Source: a bacterium
Lineage (GTDB): Bacteria; Zhuqueibacterota; Zhuqueibacteria; Residuimicrobiales; Krinioviventaceae
Length of the DNA stretch: 64,000 nucleotides
Assembly (NCBI GenBank): GCA_963693055.1
Contig: OY843751.1
Span: 3,296,001-3,360,000, forward strand
Direction of reading: 5' to 3'
The position numbers and the translations under genes are program-made. This document shows, piece by piece, positions 59,145 to 64,000 of this stretch. The notes under the pieces were generated by a model. It did not search any database, was not told the DNA's origin, and worked only from the letters and a program-made list of their open reading frames with translations. Every line of letters starts with the position of its first letter. Within the stretch, counting starts at the first letter, position 1.

Positions 59145-61580
59145 TCATTCACAACTGGGGCAAATCTTTGCCAGCATGGGATCAGTGGGGCATCCTTCCA
59201 GGCTGCCCGATTTCACCTGGTCTACCATTTCATCACCATACTTTTCACGTGCCTCAAGTTCAATCTGATTCAAATCAGAGAGTTCTACAATGGGTTCCTC
59301 AATCGTGATGGATTCTTTTGGTTTGCCATTACCATTTCCATTTGAACCGGCGCGCTTGCCGAATCCCTTTCGTTCACCACGTTTATTGACATTTGAGGTA
59401 TATTTCTCGCCCTTGATGGTTTTATCAATAAAGCAGTAATAGGTAGATTTCAATTCCATTTTCCATGCATACTGGTAAATCTCGTCCATGTTTGCACGCA
59501 AATCTTCATTAATGTAAAGTGATTTGGAAACTGCCTGGTCAATATGACGCTGAAACGCGGCTGCAATCTCAATCTGTCTGAATGGAGATATTTCATAAGC
59601 TGATTTGAACAAGGCTTTATCAATTTTTCCATCCAGTTCATCTATGTACTGTACAGATCCGTTTTGACCTTTAATGATCTCGTACATTTCATCATTCCAG
59701 AGATCTTTTTCTTCAAGCATCTGCATAAGCTTTTTGTTAACTACAATAAATTTACCGGACAATGTATCGCGCGAGTATATATTACTGAAAAAGCTGTCTA
59801 TGGTTGATGTTGTTCCTGCTATAATAGAAATGGAAGCAGTTGGAGCAATTGCCAGCAGAACAGAATTTCTGCGGGGTTTATAGTTATACGGTTTGCCTTT
59901 TTCCTGCATTTCTAAGTAATGCGCAAACGCGCCCTTTGCCTCAGCCATGGCTTCAGATTTTGCATAGGCTGTCTCTTTAAAAAACGCAGCAATCTTGTCT
60001 GCCATCTGCACAGCCCTATCAGAATCATAAGCGATACCCAGATCCAGCAATGCTTCCGCAAAGCCCATAAGTCCCACTCCCATGGGTCTCAAATCCATGG
60101 TATTCTTTTTTGATTCCGGTGAGGGATAAAAATTCCTGTCCATAATATTATCAAGCGCAAGAACAGCGGTTTCTATGGTATCTTTTAATTTTTCCCAATC
60201 AATATCAGTCTTTTCCGCATTTACATGTCGAGATAGATTCAACGATGCCAGGGTACATACCGCGGTTGAACCGGGAGAATTGGGAATTGATATTTCTGTA
60301 CATAAATTTGAACTATTGATAATACTGTAATCTGGACAAGGGTTATGGCGATTATGCGCATCCTTGAATGTGAGCCATGGATGCCCTGTCTTGGCTAGTT
60401 TGAACAGATATTTTTTATAAAATTCTTTACTGTCAACCTTGCGCCAGAGTTTGAGCTTGCCCGCTTCGGCATCACGAATATATTTTTTATACTTTTTTGT
60501 AAAATCATCACCAATGGCTTCAACCAGATCGGGACATTCGGCAGGATCAAACAAATATAATGGATCACCCCTGTCAATACGATGCATCATTTCATCCGGC
60601 ATCCAGAAAGCAGTATTCAGGGAGGGTGTTCGCAGATACGCGTTACCGGTTGTTTCTTTTAAATCCAGAAACGCTTCAATATCATAATGCCAGGGCTGAA
60701 TATAGACTACCTGCGAGCTTCTCCTTCTGCCACCCTGCTGTATAGCGTTAACCGTTGTATCAAAAATCTTGATGAATGGAATGATCCCTGAAGATCTTGC
60801 ATTCAACGAATGAATTGCGGAACCCGTTGCTCTGATGCGGGTTACATCTGTTCCTACACCACCGGCGAATTTCGCAAGCAATGACGTTTCGCGCACCTTG
60901 TCCATAATGCCCATCAGATCATCATCCACCACATTAATATAACAACTGCTGTACTGACTGGTAGTCATGCCGGAATTATACAAGGATGGTGTGGAATGCA
61001 GGTACTCAAGATTGGATAGCTTGTTATAAATTTTCACAACTTGTTCTTCATTGTCTCCAATGCCCATGGCAACACGCATAAAAAACCATTGTAGTTTTTC
61101 AATAATCTCATAATTTCTGTCACGGGTAAAATAACGGTTCTGCAGAGTAGATAATCCAAAATAGTCCAGCTCATCGTTACGGGATTCTTGAATTGCGTTT
61201 TCAATTTTCTTTAGATCAAAATCGAGCAGGTCTTTTTTAAGGATATTCTCTTTAACGCCAAACTTGACATATTCACTAAAAGTTTTAAAACGCAGATCAA
61301 TTTTACGGTTAATGATCTTTTGCAATTGCCGCACTGCCAGTCTGTCATAGATTGTATTGCGCGGAATGAGCTGTTCAATGGCTTTTAATACCAGGTAATC
61401 CAGTTCTTCTGTGGTAACCCTCTCAGGAACCTTAAGATCCAGTTCCTTCAATACTTTGTATACAATGCCGTAATCATCCTGAATGTCCATATCTTCAAGC
61501 AGCCAGAAAATAGCATTCACAATTTTACGGGTTTGAAATTTCTCTTCCACCCCTTCGCGTTTAACAACAATTCTCTCCAA
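59145..61580 (-). CDS. nrdA: Class I ribonucleotide reductase alpha subunit with N-terminal ATP cone
   Basis: VVKREG ATP cone, STPSLYNSG, SSCY, NSSNLCTEI, VCTLAS, APTASIS, KSTYY, C-terminal CPSCE. Confidence 0.95.
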   Translation of the reverse strand: MERIVVKREGVEEKFQTRKIVNAIFWLLEDMDIQDDYGIVYKVLKELDLKVPERVTTEELDYLVLKAIEQLIPRNTIYDRLAVRQLQKIINRKIDLRFKTFSEYVKFGVKENILKKDLLDFDLKKIENAIQESRNDELDYFGLSTLQNRYFTRDRNYEIIEKLQWFFMRVAMGIGDNEEQVVKIYNKLSNLEYLHSTPSLYNSGMTTSQYSSCYINVVDDDLMGIMDKVRETSLLAKFAGGVGTDVTRIRATGSAIHSLNARSSGIIPFIKIFDTTVNAIQQGGRRRSSQVVYIQPWHYDIEAFLDLKETTGNAYLRTPSLNTAFWMPDEMMHRIDRGDPLYLFDPAECPDLVEAIGDDFTKKYKKYIRDAEAGKLKLWRKVDSKEFYKKYLFKLAKTGHPWLTFKDAHNRHNPCPDYSIINSSNLCTEISIPNSPGSTAVCTLASLNLSRHVNAEKTDIDWEKLKDTIETAVLALDNIMDRNFYPSPESKKNTMDLRPMGVGLMGFAEALLDLGIAYDSDRAVQMADKIAAFFKETAYAKSEAMAEAKGAFAHYLEMQEKGKPYNYKPRRNSVLLAIAPTASISIIAGTTSTIDSFFSNIYSRDTLSGKFIVVNKKLMQMLEEKDLWNDEMYEIIKGQNGSVQYIDELDGKIDKALFKSAYEISPFRQIEIAAAFQRHIDQAVSKSLYINEDLRANMDEIYQYAWKMELKSTYYCFIDKTIKGEKYTSNVNKRGERKGFGKRAGSNGNGNGKPKESITIEEPIVELSDLNQIELEAREKYGDEMVDQVKSGSLEGCPTDPMLAKICPSCE

Positions 61581-61595
61581 GATGACTCCCTCCTC

Positions 61596-62585
61596 TTAAT
61601 AATTGGTATATTCGGTAGATGATACTTCAAAAAAGTTGGTTAATTTTTTCAGATCTTCCTTTTGCAGGAATTTGAGCGGATTCTCATCCACATAATAGTG
61701 TGGTTCAAATCCCAGTTCTTCCAGTCGCCGGTCTGTTACATATTTCAGGTACAGTTCCAGTTCCTTGTAGGTCAAACCATAGATTGTGCGTCCACCGAAT
61801 ATTCGCTGTAAATACTCAAATTCCAGATTGGCGCCATCAATAATAATATTGCGGATCTCGTCTACAAAATCATAATCGTCAACAATCTCAGGGGTCTCTT
61901 CAATAAGAATCAGTATAGCTTCAATACCATTCTGCAAGTGCAGGCTCTCGTCTATCAATACCAGTTCAACACCAGATACTACATTTTTCATTTTTCCGGT
62001 ATCTTTCATGGCAAAGAAATGCGCGAACGATGAATAAAAGAAAATACCTTCCATTACTATATTATTCAGCAATATACTTTTTACGATCTGCTTTCTACCA
62101 TCAACCGAATAGGGATCACCTTTACCATAGGTGAGCTTGTCTACTTCACGGATTACAATATCCTGTTTTTCTTTTAGCAGTTTATCGGTTTGGGTTATTT
62201 TGTACATTTTACTGCGGTCCATTTCAAATGTCTGCATTACGCTTTCGAAAAAATCACTGTGGATATTTTCAACAAACATCTGCGTGGTAAATGACATTTT
62301 GGCATAAGGATCGATCAACAACGGAAAAAATCCGTTTACTAGCACATTGCCTACCAGCAATTCGGATGATGAAAAATATCCTACAGCCATATCAAACACT
62401 TCTTTTTCTGAAGCACTCAACGAGTTGTAATCCAATACATCCTGTTGAATGTTTAGCTCTTCCGGAAACCAGATGGCTTGTTTTTGTTGTTTATAGAGTT
62501 CTTTGAAAATGGGGAATTTGGGATCATCGCTGATATCGATATTTTCCCTGACCGAAGTTTTGCCAATCAAAGCGGATTTCTGCAT
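61596..62585 (-). CDS. nrdB: Class I ribonucleotide reductase beta subunit with class Ic (R2c) signature
   Basis: WFPEE, FSSSELLV, ENIHSDFF, MEGIFFYSSF, DESLH, C-terminal NFFEVSSTEY. Confidence 0.92.
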   Translation of the reverse strand: MQKSALIGKTSVRENIDISDDPKFPIFKELYKQQKQAIWFPEELNIQQDVLDYNSLSASEKEVFDMAVGYFSSSELLVGNVLVNGFFPLLIDPYAKMSFTTQMFVENIHSDFFESVMQTFEMDRSKMYKITQTDKLLKEKQDIVIREVDKLTYGKGDPYSVDGRKQIVKSILLNNIVMEGIFFYSSFAHFFAMKDTGKMKNVVSGVELVLIDESLHLQNGIEAILILIEETPEIVDDYDFVDEIRNIIIDGANLEFEYLQRIFGGRTIYGLTYKELELYLKYVTDRRLEELGFEPHYYVDENPLKFLQKEDLKKLTNFFEVSSTEYTNY

Positions 62586-62734
62586 AGTTACTCCTCCTCA
62601 ATATGAATATATTCCGTTTTGTTAAAAGGCCATTAATAACAGCTCTTTTTGATGTGATTTAATGTGGTGATTCTGGCTTACTGCACAAAAATTTTGGGTG
62701 CAGGAGTTATACAACGAGGAAGTCCCCCTATATA

Positions 62735-62781
62735 TTCCCATATATAGGGGTTTTTTCAAATTTTTACACTAAATATAGTAA
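62735..62781. promoter_or_regulatory. Tandem NrdR boxes
   Basis: TTCCCATATATAGGGG (62735) and ACACTAAATATAGTAA (62766) resemble acaCwAtATaTwGtgt, start 31 bp apart, and lie upstream of nrdBA. Confidence 0.75.
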
Positions 62782-62819
62782 TTTAATGAGATTTATTACA
62801 ATAGCTTGTGCAAACAATC

Positions 62820-64000
62820 TCATGGCACATACAACAACTTTATGGTAGCTTGCTGATTGTTTGCGATCAAGTGACACAAATAGAGTCCGGCGCTGACAGT
62901 TTGACCATTGTCATCAAGTCCGTCCCAGGATTGGGTATACTGCCCGGCGGATCTGTATTCGTTCACCAGGGTGCGCACCTTTTGACCCAACATATTATAT
63001 ATAACGAGTTGTGCATTGCCCATGCCTGCAAGTTCATACTCTATCATTGTAGAGCTGTTAAAGGGGTTGGGATAGTTTTGCTTCAAACCAATTGTTCGAG
63101 GAATGACCGGGTCTTTTTCGTTAACCGAGGTGAGAACGCCCCGATATCTCAATAATCCAGAACCGTCTGTGACCGCGTATATGATTGACGGATCATTTTG
63201 GTCAAAACGGATTTTGTAACATATCCCCGAACCTTCAGGAAAAGCAGCCGGAAAGGGGCCCCAGGTCTCTCCCGCGTCATAACTTATATGTGCGTCAATA
63301 CCGGCAGCAACAACAATATTACTATCTGCGGGATGTACAGCTATAGTATAATAAAAATCATAAGGACAATCCAAATCACTTTCTATAAAAGACCAACTTT
63401 TCCCCCCATCGACTGATTTTAAAAGCCCGTTAAAATAATTTGTTGCCCATACTGTTTGTTCGTTTTGTGGATTACAACACATATCATAAACTATAAATAT
63501 GTGCTGTTGTTTTCCCTCATTAGCAAAAGTCCAGTCCAAACCGTTTTCAGAATAATAAACTCCATGCATAGAATTTACATTACCATAATCTGTACCTAAT
63601 AAAAAATTACATCCATCAAGTGAATTCACAAAAACAACAGGCAAAGATTCTTCTGCAAACAATACCTTCTGCCAATCTTTACCCTTGTTAACCGTACGAA
63701 ACAAACCTACATTCGTCCCCGCAAAGAGCAAGCTATCTGAAAATGGAAAAATGGTAAACAAAATGCCAATATCATTAGAAAAAAATCTGTCAATTCCATC
63801 AACTTTACTAAAAGTTGGTGTTGAACAAACAATATCCATCGCAATATCATTATATTGATTATCGTAACCGTTTGTCAATACTGTCCAAACCTTATTTTCG
63901 ATATTTGTTTGCTTTATATCATTTATTGTACAAAAACCACTGTCAATTTGAGCGTCATACCAGTCACCGTCACCACATTTATAATACATGCCCGCGCCAT
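62820..64000 (-). CDS. Secreted BNR/Asp-box propeller protein with C-terminal FlgD/T9SS-like sorting domain (5' end outside the window)
   Basis: Asp-boxes TVNKGKDW, SENGLDW, SVDGGKSW, SYDAGETW; tail NYPNPFNSST...IYNMLGQKVRTL...WDG...SAGLY. The frame is open to the window edge. Confidence 0.85.
   Translation of the reverse strand, partial: GAGMYYKCGDGDWYDAQIDSGFCTINDIKQTNIENKVWTVLTNGYDNQYNDIAMDIVCSTPTFSKVDGIDRFFSNDIGILFTIFPFSDSLLFAGTNVGLFRTVNKGKDWQKVLFAEESLPVVFVNSLDGCNFLLGTDYGNVNSMHGVYYSENGLDWTFANEGKQQHIFIVYDMCCNPQNEQTVWATNYFNGLLKSVDGGKSWSFIESDLDCPYDFYYTIAVHPADSNIVVAAGIDAHISYDAGETWGPFPAAFPEGSGICYKIRFDQNDPSIIYAVTDGSGLLRYRGVLTSVNEKDPVIPRTIGLKQNYPNPFNSSTMIEYELAGMGNAQLVIYNMLGQKVRTLVNEYRSAGQYTQSWDGLDDNGQTVSAGLYLCHLIANNQQATIKLLYVP

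Noticed and set aside
61596-62585. R2lox ligand-binding oxidase
   Set aside because: It is adjacent to nrdA, preceded by NrdR-like boxes, and keeps the R2 C-terminal NFFE...Y tail.
74-63416. Numerous 60-155 aa ORFs overlapping the called genes
   Set aside because: They are antisense or out-of-frame shadows of well-supported CDSs with no recognisable motifs.

Overview
AT-rich bacterial chromosomal segment. A secreted protein with an NYPNPFN/FlgD-type tail and the intergenic repeat style suggest an FCB-group anaerobe such as KSB1 or Calditrichota (inference only). 1-17.8 kb: a minus-strand housekeeping and fermentation run (NHL beta-propeller, ptb, two buk, apt, acyP, asnS, USP, gpsA, purM, xylA, gdh, hslR, mlaDFE). 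17.9-36.4 kb: an 18.5-kb hydrogen metabolism and signalling island, the most notable feature. It encodes two different multimeric [FeFe]-hydrogenases. One has electron-bifurcating HydB signatures. The other has a HydB lacking the N-terminal Fe-S cysteines and the C-terminal ferredoxin domain, with non-bifurcating signatures. Between and around them lie a sensory [FeFe]-hydrogenase fused to a histidine kinase, two REC-PAS-kinases, four stand-alone receivers, a DRTGG/PHP/HATPase trio and a sigma54 activator with a candidate -24/-12 promoter and enhancer palindrome. 36.6-49.6 kb: accessory sugar-related genes, an ABC-F ATPase, a hairpin/repeat array (40.6-41.2 kb) and an AT-rich NDT-like orphan bracketed by inverted 9-bp-period repeats. 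49.8-64 kb: two hybrid kinases, htpG, a class I ribonucleotide reductase whose beta subunit has class Ic (Mn/Fe) signatures with tandem NrdR boxes, and a partial secreted propeller protein. No rRNA, tRNA, cas, transposase or integrase genes were recognised. All calls come from motif reading by eye, without database searches.
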